A stretch of 24,240 nucleotides of DNA from a virus (lineage: Duplodnaviria; Caudoviricetes). Below are positions 1-8,456 of the stretch, one piece after another; position 1 is the first letter of the stretch; every line of letters starts with the position of its first letter. A program made the position numbers and the translations under genes. The notes beneath the pieces are model-generated. The model saw only the letters and a list, made by a program, of their open reading frames with translations, was not told the origin of the DNA and did no database searches. The stretch is from the IMG/VR virus record IMGVR_UViG_3300022206_000008, positions 1-24,240 of that record, one strand, 5' to 3'.

Positions 1-212
1 CACTCGGGCGTACCGTCTTCTTCCAGTGCCCGAATGAGGCCGGTGGTGATACCGTTGCCCGCGATGGCAGCGCCCAGGCTTTCGTAGACCCGGGGACCCT
101 CGGGAGCAACCGGAGGAGCCACGCGCGAAACAGGAGGTTGGGACAGGTCAGCCTCGACCTTCCGATTGTGGATCGAGGCGAACTCCGTGATCTCCTGTGG
201 CTTTAACGGCAT
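1..212 (-). CDS. N-terminal part of a probable large internal virion protein (T7 gp16 position); runs off the left edge
   Basis: Not in the ORF track. Manual translation from ATG at 212 (GGAG SD upstream) gives MPLKPQEITEFASIHNRKVEADLSQPPVSRVAPP...EEDGTPE, open to position 1. The product call is from synteny only. Confidence 0.6.
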   Translation of the reverse strand, partial: MPLKPQEITEFASIHNRKVEADLSQPPVSRVAPPVAPEGPRVYESLGAAIAGNGITTGLIRALEEDGTPE

Positions 213-223
213 GGCTCACTCCA

Positions 224-3200
224 TTATCGCTTCTTACGTCGCGTTGCACGCCCGAGGACGCCCTTCATGGCTTCCCGGTCGGCGTTGATGTTCCGCTCCA
301 GTGCGGCCGGATCGACCTCACCACGCTTCCCCTTGGGGAGTTCGGCTTGCGCGTGCGCCCCCATCTCCGCTGGCGTCGGGATGCCTGCGGGGAGCGGGTA
401 GCTGCCCCAAAACATCATGGCTTCCAGGTAGCGGCGGCGAACGATACCTTCCTTCCACTTCGGGTCCACGTTGTCGATGTGCATTGCGATGTTACGGGTC
501 GCAGCTTCGTATTCCCCGTCGCGCACTTGGTCCATCAAGGTCCAGTTGCGCATCCGCCCAACACCGACGTTGTACATCAGCGACGTGAGCGCCATCCAGC
601 GGTGATCTGACATACGCACGTCCCGAAGCACATCCGTCCGCAGCGTGTTCAGATCGTTCTGCATGGCAACGCGCGCCAACTGCTCACCCTGCGTCCGCGT
701 GAGACGTTGCTCACCTGACTTGACCCTCGCGAGGTCCAGCCCGACTTGCGCCATCTCCCGCTGGGCCTGCCCACCACCTTCGCGCGCGGTGATGTTGTAG
801 CCAATGCCGACCGTCATGTTGGCCCGGGCCCGCTGGCCGGGTCGCAGGTTCTCACCGTTGGCGTCATCGTATACGCCGGGACGGAACAGTTCGCTGATCT
901 CAAGCTGCTCCACCATCGTCTTGAGACGACCGGTGTGCTTGGGATCGAGGGAGTTCTCCATCCACGAACCATGGCTCTCGGTGAGCGTCATGTACTCGGC
1001 GAGGCTCTCCTGTAACGTCTGGTCCTCGGGGCGCGTGCCAGTCTCGGTGGCCGGAGCCATCCCCTGCTGGCGTGCTTCTGCTTGGAACTCAGCCCGCTCC
1101 GCCTCCAGGCGCCGCTGGTGATGCAGGCGCATCGGTGGCGTGAAAGCTTGGTTCGGGGCCTGGAAGATGCGCTGGTCAGCCTCGGCCGGCGCCGTGTTGA
1201 TCTCCACGTCCTCCACAGGCTCGTTCAGGGCGCGCGGACCCTCGGGGGTCGCCGCCGTGCCAGGGATAGTGAACTTCATGGAGGAGCCGAAGACGCCTCG
1301 GCGCTGCTCGGTGCCTGCGCCCGCTGCCCGCACTGCGTCCTCGTTGGCCCAAATGGTCTTGCCCAACTCGGCGTTCTCGGTCATCAGGTCATTGATCTCC
1401 GCGACGCTCCCATGGTCGCGCGGGAGGACGCGGAGCGCCCACTGCCCGCCCGTGTTCGTCATGAACAGGGAGCCAGAGCCCTCACCGACCGGGATCGCCA
1501 CAGCGTTCTCCGGCAGATCGGGGACTTCCACCAGGACACGCCCGTCACCAATGTCAGTGACGGTGGAGCCCATGGCGACAAACGCGGGAAGCAACGGGTC
1601 GTCGGCAGCGATGCCGTCGATCACGTCGCCCGTGCGGAACACTACGTCGGTGTTGAGGCCAACCGCGTCCGTCATGGTCGCGGCGTACATCCCGTCACCG
1701 GCAGAGTGCTTGTCGGGGCGAGCGCCCAGGGTGAGCCCAGGGAGGAACCGCTCGGTCTCGCTCTGCAACTGCTCCCAATGGCTCTCGTTGAACTGCTCCA
1801 TGCCCAGGGGGGTCTTTCGGACCACAGCGTGCTTCTCACCGTCAGGCATGTACATGGTGTCGAACAGGGACTTTCCCTCCATCGACTTCGCGGCGAGTTC
1901 AGCGATCTGCTCCTGCGTGACGCCCGGTTGCCCCGCCAGGGCGACGGACGTAGCGTTTGCCCGGTCGCGGTACATCTGACGCACCGTCTCGTCCACGTCT
2001 TCCCAATCGCGCTGGTCAGGGAACCACCAGAGGAACGTGTCGTTCGAGGGATGCGCGGCCTTGAAGATTTCCTCGGCCACTGCGTCCACACCCTCGGCGC
2101 CCGCCGCGTCGTCACCGAACAGTCGGCGTGACAGGTGGGTCTTCGGGTTGCCGATGTCCGCACGCGCCTCCAGGTAGCGCTGGCGCGTCATCTCGAAATC
2201 GTCGGGGCCGTGCTTAGCCAGGAACGCGATGTTCGCCGCGTCCTCGGTCAGGAACGCCGTGTCGGGCGCGGTGCTTTCCGCGAGGACCGGCTGGATGAAC
2301 TGAAGGGCCTTCGCAGCGTCGTCGGCGTCGCCAGTGACGATGCCCGTGGACGCCTGCTCGCGCGCCTTCTTGGAGAAGCCCGTCTTTGCAACGTGCGTGG
2401 CGACGGCCTGCTCGGCAACGTCCGGGTTGTCGGCAAGCGCACTGACCTGCCCGCTCACGTAGGCTTCACTGATCTTGTCGTTCGCGGCAGCCGGGGGCAC
2501 GTCGCCCTGGGTCAGCCCGTCGATGGCTGCGCCAAGCATGGCGCCGCTCTCGCGCGCGGATGCGATACGGGCCGCGAGCCCACCGAGTTCGTCGGTGTAG
2601 CCGTTACCCATCTCTTGGATCACGTCGAGTTGGAGGCGCCGCATGTTGTCGCCTTCGTCGCCCTGGCCCGCCTCAAGCTTCGCGAACCGCCCCTTCATCT
2701 GGAGCGCGCGTGCCTTCTGGACCATGGTCTTCGCCCGGCCGGCGCGCTCGATGGAACTCACCGTCGCCGCAGCGAACTTCTTGGGGTACAGGTCGCGATA
2801 GCTGAGCCCGTCCCGGCCAGGGATCGCCCTGGTCAGCAACCGGGCAGCCTGCCCGTCGCCGAGGATGTAGCGCTCCTCCAGGGCTCCGTAGACCACCGCA
2901 TCGGCGCCCACGGCACGCTCTGCCATGTTGCCGGGCAGCGTCGCCATCGCCTCCTCACGGATCGCGGGGAGGCTGTCTGCCGTCACTGTGCCCTGCTGGA
3001 GCCGGCTGAGGACGCCCTGGTGGGCCAGAGCGGTCGCTTCGGCACGCGCCTGGGTCTGCCGGGCCTCCCGAATGTCGTTCACTAGGGGGCGGGCGCCCGC
3101 GTAGAGGCTGGCGCTGTAGCTGTCCTTGAAGTAGGCGTTCTCCGCGCCCTCCATGTGATCCTCGACGAACAGCGCAACGCCGTCCTCCAGGGTCACGTCG

Positions 3201-3655
3201 GACGGGAGGGTCCCGAGGAAGTCCTTCAGTTCCTCCATGTCCTGGGAGGCACTGACAGAGCCAATGGTCCTCGCAGCGGCGTCCATGGCGACCTGCCGGG
3301 ACGCAACGTCCTCCCCAAAGAAGGCACCGGTCTGACCGGACTGGAGCGCAGCCTTCGCTTCGTCCGGGTTCGCACGCACGGCAGCCTCGGCCTCCGCGAT
3401 GCGGCGGTTGTCGGCGATCTTCTGCGCAGCCAACTTCTTCCGGTCCACCTTCTCCGCCAGCCCCGTGAGGGTCGGGAAGAAGTTGCTGATGGACTGCGCG
3501 AGGGCCTGCTGGCCCGCACCTGCCGCAGTGGGGTGACGCCGGGCGGGCGCCAATTGAACCGTGGGACCCTTGGTCGCTCGGGAAAGAGCCGGGCGGGTTC
3601 GGCCAACTCGCTTCCCCGTGTTTCGGGGGGTCGTCAGGTCAATGGGCGCTGCCAT
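224..3655 (-). CDS. Internal virion (ejection/core) protein, gp15 position, with C-terminal GH24 phage-lysozyme domain
   Basis: 1143 aa, Ala-rich helical, GAGGAG SD. The C-terminal region (~400-920) has SELFRPGVYDD (E-x8-D), TVGIGYNI, ALTSLMYNVG and RRYLEAMMF, typical of T4-type/GH24 muramidases. Follows the gp14-like gene. Confidence 0.8.
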   Translation of the reverse strand: MAAPIDLTTPRNTGKRVGRTRPALSRATKGPTVQLAPARRHPTAAGAGQQALAQSISNFFPTLTGLAEKVDRKKLAAQKIADNRRIAEAEAAVRANPDEAKAALQSGQTGAFFGEDVASRQVAMDAAARTIGSVSASQDMEELKDFLGTLPSDVTLEDGVALFVEDHMEGAENAYFKDSYSASLYAGARPLVNDIREARQTQARAEATALAHQGVLSRLQQGTVTADSLPAIREEAMATLPGNMAERAVGADAVVYGALEERYILGDGQAARLLTRAIPGRDGLSYRDLYPKKFAAATVSSIERAGRAKTMVQKARALQMKGRFAKLEAGQGDEGDNMRRLQLDVIQEMGNGYTDELGGLAARIASARESGAMLGAAIDGLTQGDVPPAAANDKISEAYVSGQVSALADNPDVAEQAVATHVAKTGFSKKAREQASTGIVTGDADDAAKALQFIQPVLAESTAPDTAFLTEDAANIAFLAKHGPDDFEMTRQRYLEARADIGNPKTHLSRRLFGDDAAGAEGVDAVAEEIFKAAHPSNDTFLWWFPDQRDWEDVDETVRQMYRDRANATSVALAGQPGVTQEQIAELAAKSMEGKSLFDTMYMPDGEKHAVVRKTPLGMEQFNESHWEQLQSETERFLPGLTLGARPDKHSAGDGMYAATMTDAVGLNTDVVFRTGDVIDGIAADDPLLPAFVAMGSTVTDIGDGRVLVEVPDLPENAVAIPVGEGSGSLFMTNTGGQWALRVLPRDHGSVAEINDLMTENAELGKTIWANEDAVRAAGAGTEQRRGVFGSSMKFTIPGTAATPEGPRALNEPVEDVEINTAPAEADQRIFQAPNQAFTPPMRLHHQRRLEAERAEFQAEARQQGMAPATETGTRPEDQTLQESLAEYMTLTESHGSWMENSLDPKHTGRLKTMVEQLEISELFRPGVYDDANGENLRPGQRARANMTVGIGYNITAREGGGQAQREMAQVGLDLARVKSGEQRLTRTQGEQLARVAMQNDLNTLRTDVLRDVRMSDHRWMALTSLMYNVGVGRMRNWTLMDQVRDGEYEAATRNIAMHIDNVDPKWKEGIVRRRYLEAMMFWGSYPLPAGIPTPAEMGAHAQAELPKGKRGEVDPAALERNINADREAMKGVLGRATRRKKR

Positions 3656-3665
3656 GTATCACTCC

Positions 3666-4184
3666 TCAGAAAGAACCACTTTCGCGAACGTCAAAACCCG
3701 TCTGCGGCGTTCCGCCAGTGTTGGTCTTGATGTCAGGCTGTCCGCCCATCCCGTAGTAGGACGAGCCGATGCTCAGTGCACTCTGCGCAAAGCCGATCAT
3801 CGCCGCCGTGCGCTTGGCGGAGAAGTTATCGCGGACTGCTTCACCCTCGGCAGACAATGCGTCGATCTCCCGAGTGCGGTTGGCTTCCAGGCGGGCAATA
3901 TCGACACCCTCCAGGTACGCCGCTTCGTCAAGCATGCGACGCTCGTTGTCGGAGCCCCCGCCGCCCTGCTCGGCCATGGCGACACTGATGGACGCCAGGG
4001 TTCGGTCAGCGGCAGCGGCACGGTCAGCCTTCTTCGCCTGCGTCTCCTCCGCCTTGGCCTTCATCTGTCTCTCGATCTGCTTGATCTCGGACTTGGCCTG
4101 CTTGTGTGCGGCGTCAACGCTCGTCTTCGCAGCGATGGCTGAAGCGACGAGGGCAGCGCCAAGGATTGCAACTTCAATTCCCAT
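3666..4184 (-). CDS. Internal virion protein, T7 gp14-like
   Basis: 172 aa with hydrophobic Ala-rich N-terminus, coiled-coil middle and Gly/Ser/Ala C-terminal segment. TAATG-coupled to tail tubular B; position fits gp14. Confidence 0.7.
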   Translation of the reverse strand: MGIEVAILGAALVASAIAAKTSVDAAHKQAKSEIKQIERQMKAKAEETQAKKADRAAAADRTLASISVAMAEQGGGGSDNERRMLDEAAYLEGVDIARLEANRTREIDALSAEGEAVRDNFSAKRTAAMIGFAQSALSIGSSYYGMGGQPDIKTNTGGTPQTGFDVRESGSF

Positions 4185-7141
4185 TATCCTGCCCTCGCTT
4201 TCTCGCTGTACATGCCACGGTATTTGGCGCCCGTGATCACGAAGTTTCCGCTGGTGTCCCCGGCGAACAGAGTGATCTTCGCCTTGCTGCTCTGCGTTCG
4301 CACCGGGATGCGGAATTTTCCCTGGGAACCCGTCGTGAATAGTGGGTTCGTATCATCCCATCTGAAGTCCCGCTGTTGCTCCTGCGTCGTCGTTGGGTCC
4401 TCCCCGCGTGACCGCCTGTCGTAGTTGACGGTGACGCTAAACCCGTGCGTGGTCCGTCCCCAATCAAACGTGATGTCCTTTAACTGGAACCGCCCATTCG
4501 TGAGGGCGACACCGTCCGGGGAGCCATCTTCTCGCATGAACAAGCGATTGAGTTCTACGGATGAACGATAACATTTCCCGAGGATCGGATGAATGACTTG
4601 CGTCTTGTACCACCGGTACGCCATATCAGAGTGGACGGAATAACCAGTCCCGATGTTCTCGATCAGGAACGGGGTCGGGGCGTACGGATTATCCGGCGTG
4701 ATCTGTACTCGTCCGATCTGTCCGATGCCAGCAGCGAAATACGCGTCACAGTCTGCTACGCCGTACGTCGCATCGTCCAGAACAGTCGCCAGTTCCTGCA
4801 TGTCCTGCACGTCGGTCCCTGCGATACTGAACTCTCGATTAGCGATGGTCGTGGTCGTAGCGTGCGCAGTATACGTGTTACCGCCGATGTCAATGGTCTG
4901 CCCGGCGGCAACGCCGCTTAGAGAAATCTCAGCTACTTCTCGCGACGGGCCAATGCTGTTGAGAACGGCGGGGTTGACCTCAGTCCAGTCCTCGCCAGCG
5001 GGGTCATCGATGTAGCGAATACGGATCTCCTCAAGGTCATCCTGGTAAGGCGCGCGCACCCACCCCCACTGTCCGTAACCGGACGCGAAGCCCTGGGCGA
5101 ACGCTCCGTCAACGTCGACCGGGCTCATCTTCAAGTCTAGGAAGACCGGCCGACTGTCGTTACCAATCGCGTCACCGATTTGTCCGCCGCGTTCCCGTTC
5201 GAGCATCTGGTGTCCCAGGTGAATGCCGTCCCGATCACGGAAGACCACTACCAGCAATTCGTTGAGAACTTCAACGCCCAGAATTTGGAACCGGTTAGCA
5301 GCGCCCGCGTCAGGGACGGTCGGCGTACCGTCTGGGCCGTTCATGTACTCCCAGCGGTGCCATGCGGACTGTACGCGCTCAGACCCGGTGTCAAATCGAT
5401 TGTAAGAGTATAGGCTTCCCAGGGTGTTTGTGGTGTCGTCCAGCGGTCCATCACCAGCGGGGCCACCAACAGGCGTTCCCCCAACGATGATCGGTCCCCA
5501 GACGCCGCCCACGTTCTGCGTCGCATTCGCTAGAATGCCGACCCACCCGTGTTCCTCGCTCGCCGCCCCGTCTTCGATGTTCGCAGGGATGTAGCCCGGC
5601 ACGTGCTTGGTGATGTCCGCTGCGGCGGTGCCGACGCTAGCTTCATTCACTTCGTATTCGTACACCTTGGACCAAAGCGCTTGATCTGATGCGAAGATGA
5701 TGGTGTTGCCCATCGGGATCGGCTTGAAGTTCGTGGACGCGAGGTATCCCGTCGTCTTGTCCAGCACGGCATCGTTCGGGGTCATTTTATCGAGCGCGGT
5801 CAGTTCGAACTGGGCGTTCGGGGCAGTCAGAAACAGCACCTTGCGCAGGACCGCGCCCCACTGAAGCTTGCTGATCTTCGTCGTGGCGACCGTGCGGTCA
5901 ATGGGGTCGCTGTCGAGAACCTCGGTGGACTTGCGGGGCCAGAAGTCGAGTGCGTCGTTGACTTCCCCCAGGTACACCTGCTCGTCTGCGATCACGCCTA
6001 GGCGCGAGCGGTACCAGAACACGTCCTTCAGTTGCTTCCCGAGGAACGTCGGTGGTGGGACCAGATCGACGGAGCCAACCGCGCGCTGCTTCCACGCCGC
6101 AGGGCCGAAGTGATACGTCCCATCAGTCTGCTTCGTGAGCGTATGCGGCATGGTCATGAGCATCCAATCGTGTTGCTCATTTAGCGTTCGCCATTCCTTC
6201 CACACGCTATCCACCGCGTCATCGATGACGTAGTACTCCCGCAGGATGCGGGTGTCCACAGTGCCGTCGCCAACGATGCGCCACACGTTGCCCGTGCCCG
6301 CTGCGGCGGGGAGGCCCGCCCAGTTCTGCGCGGTGCCGGTGATGGCAGTGTCGCTCTCAGTCTCCTTCAGGCGCGTGCCGTCCACTCCGTTCTTGCTGTA
6401 GTTCCGATTGGTCATGAAGGTCCAGTCGGCCACGCTGGTCATGCCGATGTTCTCTTTCGTGATCCCTTCGAGGTACTGCCACGTCGCCATGGTCAGTTCG
6501 AACGAGAACGTGTCGGTGGCACCAGGGGTGCCGGCGCCCGTGATGTTCACGCGGAAGTACTTGGTGTCGGCGGCGAGTGCCGTAGCGGACCCGGAGCCAG
6601 AGCCACCGGTTTCACCAGTGATCCAGTCGGTCCACGAGCCCGTCCCGTTTGGGGACTGCTCGACCTTGAACGTCCACGACACGTCGTTCGAGCGCCAGGA
6701 CCACGAGGGGGTCTCGGGGGCGCTAACCTGCGGGTAGGGACCGAACACAGACTGACCGGTCGTGGTGTCCGTCAGGACGCCTACGCCGCCGTCGAGACCC
6801 GTGCTGTCCACGTGTAGGTAGCAGGAGGTCACCTGCGTCGTCACAGTAAGCGCGTCGCCCGTCTGCGCGTCGAACATCAGGATTTCGCTGTCCGCGATCA
6901 GGACCACGACCTGCTCTGTTTCGTCCCGGTCGATGAAGTGGACCCGGTAGTCCGTCTCCAGCGTCGCGCCCCACAGGCGGGAGATGTAGGTAAGCCCAGG
7001 GCGCCGCTCGAACCCGCCGGTCACGACGGACGGCAGGCAGTTCGACATTTGTGCCACGGTATTGCTCGGTCGAATAGCGTCGGGTTGCCGGGATACTCCC
7101 CCGAACATCCCTGGGATCGGAATTTCAACCAAGCGTCCCAT
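4184..7141 (-). CDS. gp12: Tail tubular protein B (nozzle), T7 gp12-like, with inserted domains
   Basis: N-terminal GGVSRQPD...N...GFERRPG, SVADWTFMTNRN, PTFLGKQLKDVFWYRSRLG, DSDPID and QSAWHRW match the gp12 family pattern. GGAGG SD; 985 aa. Confidence 0.9.
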   Translation of the reverse strand: MGRLVEIPIPGMFGGVSRQPDAIRPSNTVAQMSNCLPSVVTGGFERRPGLTYISRLWGATLETDYRVHFIDRDETEQVVVLIADSEILMFDAQTGDALTVTTQVTSCYLHVDSTGLDGGVGVLTDTTTGQSVFGPYPQVSAPETPSWSWRSNDVSWTFKVEQSPNGTGSWTDWITGETGGSGSGSATALAADTKYFRVNITGAGTPGATDTFSFELTMATWQYLEGITKENIGMTSVADWTFMTNRNYSKNGVDGTRLKETESDTAITGTAQNWAGLPAAAGTGNVWRIVGDGTVDTRILREYYVIDDAVDSVWKEWRTLNEQHDWMLMTMPHTLTKQTDGTYHFGPAAWKQRAVGSVDLVPPPTFLGKQLKDVFWYRSRLGVIADEQVYLGEVNDALDFWPRKSTEVLDSDPIDRTVATTKISKLQWGAVLRKVLFLTAPNAQFELTALDKMTPNDAVLDKTTGYLASTNFKPIPMGNTIIFASDQALWSKVYEYEVNEASVGTAAADITKHVPGYIPANIEDGAASEEHGWVGILANATQNVGGVWGPIIVGGTPVGGPAGDGPLDDTTNTLGSLYSYNRFDTGSERVQSAWHRWEYMNGPDGTPTVPDAGAANRFQILGVEVLNELLVVVFRDRDGIHLGHQMLERERGGQIGDAIGNDSRPVFLDLKMSPVDVDGAFAQGFASGYGQWGWVRAPYQDDLEEIRIRYIDDPAGEDWTEVNPAVLNSIGPSREVAEISLSGVAAGQTIDIGGNTYTAHATTTTIANREFSIAGTDVQDMQELATVLDDATYGVADCDAYFAAGIGQIGRVQITPDNPYAPTPFLIENIGTGYSVHSDMAYRWYKTQVIHPILGKCYRSSVELNRLFMREDGSPDGVALTNGRFQLKDITFDWGRTTHGFSVTVNYDRRSRGEDPTTTQEQQRDFRWDDTNPLFTTGSQGKFRIPVRTQSSKAKITLFAGDTSGNFVITGAKYRGMYSEKARAG

Positions 7142-7143
7142 AG

Positions 7144-7689
7144 TTATGCCTCCTGTAAAGTCCGCGTTCCTTGCGCCGCGAAGTCGTGGTGGGTTAGCCC
7201 TACGAAACTGTCATTCAGAATGATCTGCATCGTCTCGCCAGGGTACAACGTTATTGGTGGCATGTCGGCGATGGCGAATGACCACCGCCATACGACTAGC
7301 TTCTCGGAAGATGTCCCAAATTCTACGAGGTTGATGTCGTAGCAAAGCCCGGCAATGTCCAAATGATTTGTCAGATTTCCGTTGCCGAGGAGGTTGTGGA
7401 CCAACGTGCCGTCTACGTCGTACTTGCCGACCATTAAACCAACAGTCCGCGCCGTGAGCGCGCCATACCCGTCCGCCGCAATGGAGCCGCTGTCCCCAAT
7501 TGTCCCGATAATTCGGTGGACACGCAGCGCTTCGTCTGCCTGCGCCTTGACGAGTGCGGCGACCGCGCCACCACCACTGTAGTCCCCGATGAAGTCTTGG
7601 GTGCCCGTGCCATCCCCTACAGTGTCGAACAAGCGGTTGAAGTAGACGTTCTGTCCATTGAATTTGAGGGTGGGTTCAACGTGTGGCAT
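7144..7689 (-). CDS. Hypothetical beta-rich protein inserted between tail tubular A and B; probable virion protein
   Basis: 181 aa ORF, TAATG-coupled to gp11, ending 2 nt before the gp12 start. Alternating hydrophobic beta-strand patterns. Confidence 0.7.
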   Translation of the reverse strand: MPHVEPTLKFNGQNVYFNRLFDTVGDGTGTQDFIGDYSGGGAVAALVKAQADEALRVHRIIGTIGDSGSIAADGYGALTARTVGLMVGKYDVDGTLVHNLLGNGNLTNHLDIAGLCYDINLVEFGTSSEKLVVWRWSFAIADMPPITLYPGETMQIILNDSFVGLTHHDFAAQGTRTLQEA

Positions 7690-8366
7690 TAGAGCCTCCG
7701 TCTTCCTGGCCGGATCGGGTTGTTGCGAACCGCGACGTTCCGCATGTGCGGATTATGGTCGAACAGGTTGTTGTCGCCGACCTTCTCGTCGAAGTTCGTG
7801 GCGAGGATCAGCGCTTCCTGCAAGTCCTCTTTCGTGAACGCGTGAATGGTCGTGCTGCCGAAGGTTCCCTTCTGGAACGTGTGGGCCGCATCGACCGCGA
7901 TGTACCACTGGATCGCGGGCGGGCAATGCTCGAACTCCAGATACTCTTTCACGTCCACGGTGATCGTGGGGGCGCCGTTGGGCCAATCCTCGCGGTCGTC
8001 CACCACGTTGTACAGGACGAACTTGGTGTCGGCCACGTTGCGCCGCCACGCCGTGTTCAGGTGCGCGTCGCGCTGCCCAGCGCCCGTATTGCGGCCCAGG
8101 GGCGCGTTGGACGTGTCGATCTCCAGCACGTTCGCTGCGACTTCGTAGGTGTCGTCGGCAGTCTTCTGGAGGATGACGCCCAGGCGCGTGTTGAAGTTCC
8201 ACTCGCCCATCTGAATTTTCTTGGAGCGCTCGTTCAGCACCCGCAGGGCTTCCGCTGCTTCGTCAACCTCGTCGAGGCCAGCGACGGTATCGACCGGGGC
8301 TTCACCAATTGAGGCGATGATCATGTTCACCGCGTCGATCTCGGTCATATGTGCCGTGAGGGGCAT
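7689..8366 (-). CDS. gp11: Tail tubular protein A (adaptor/gatekeeper), T7 gp11-like
   Basis: TEIDAVNMIIASIGEAPV, GEWNFNT and LEFEHCPPAIQWYI..AA..F motifs. Directly downstream of the capsid terminator; GGGAG SD. Confidence 0.92.
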   Translation of the reverse strand: MPLTAHMTEIDAVNMIIASIGEAPVDTVAGLDEVDEAAEALRVLNERSKKIQMGEWNFNTRLGVILQKTADDTYEVAANVLEIDTSNAPLGRNTGAGQRDAHLNTAWRRNVADTKFVLYNVVDDREDWPNGAPTITVDVKEYLEFEHCPPAIQWYIAVDAAHTFQKGTFGSTTIHAFTKEDLQEALILATNFDEKVGDNNLFDHNPHMRNVAVRNNPIRPGRRRL

Positions 8367-8383
8367 GTTCGTCTCCCTAAATG

Positions 8384-8418
8384 AAAAAATGCCGGGGGCT
8401 CCCGAAGGAACCCCCAGC
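8384..8418 (-). terminator. Intrinsic terminator after major capsid gene (T-phi equivalent)
   Basis: The minus strand reads GCTGGGGGTTCC-TTCG-GGAGCCCCCGGC-ATTTTTT, a 12-bp GC-rich stem with a cUUCGg tetraloop and U-tract. Confidence 0.9.
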
Positions 8419-8419
8419 G

Positions 8420-8445
8420 CTGCGTCGGAGGAGAGGAGGACGCAG
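8420..8445 (-). other. 7-bp hairpin with 12-nt pyrimidine (anti-SD-like) loop in capsid 3' UTR
   Basis: The minus strand reads CTGCGTC-CTCCTCTCCTCC-GACGCAG, a perfect inverted repeat between the capsid stop and the terminator. Confidence 0.65.
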
Positions 8446-8456
8446 TAATTCCAAGA

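Noticed and set aside
216-224. Mini-ORF ATG GAG TGA overlapping the gp15-like stop
   Set aside because: Most simply a by-product of the GGAG SD of the next gene; no independent support.
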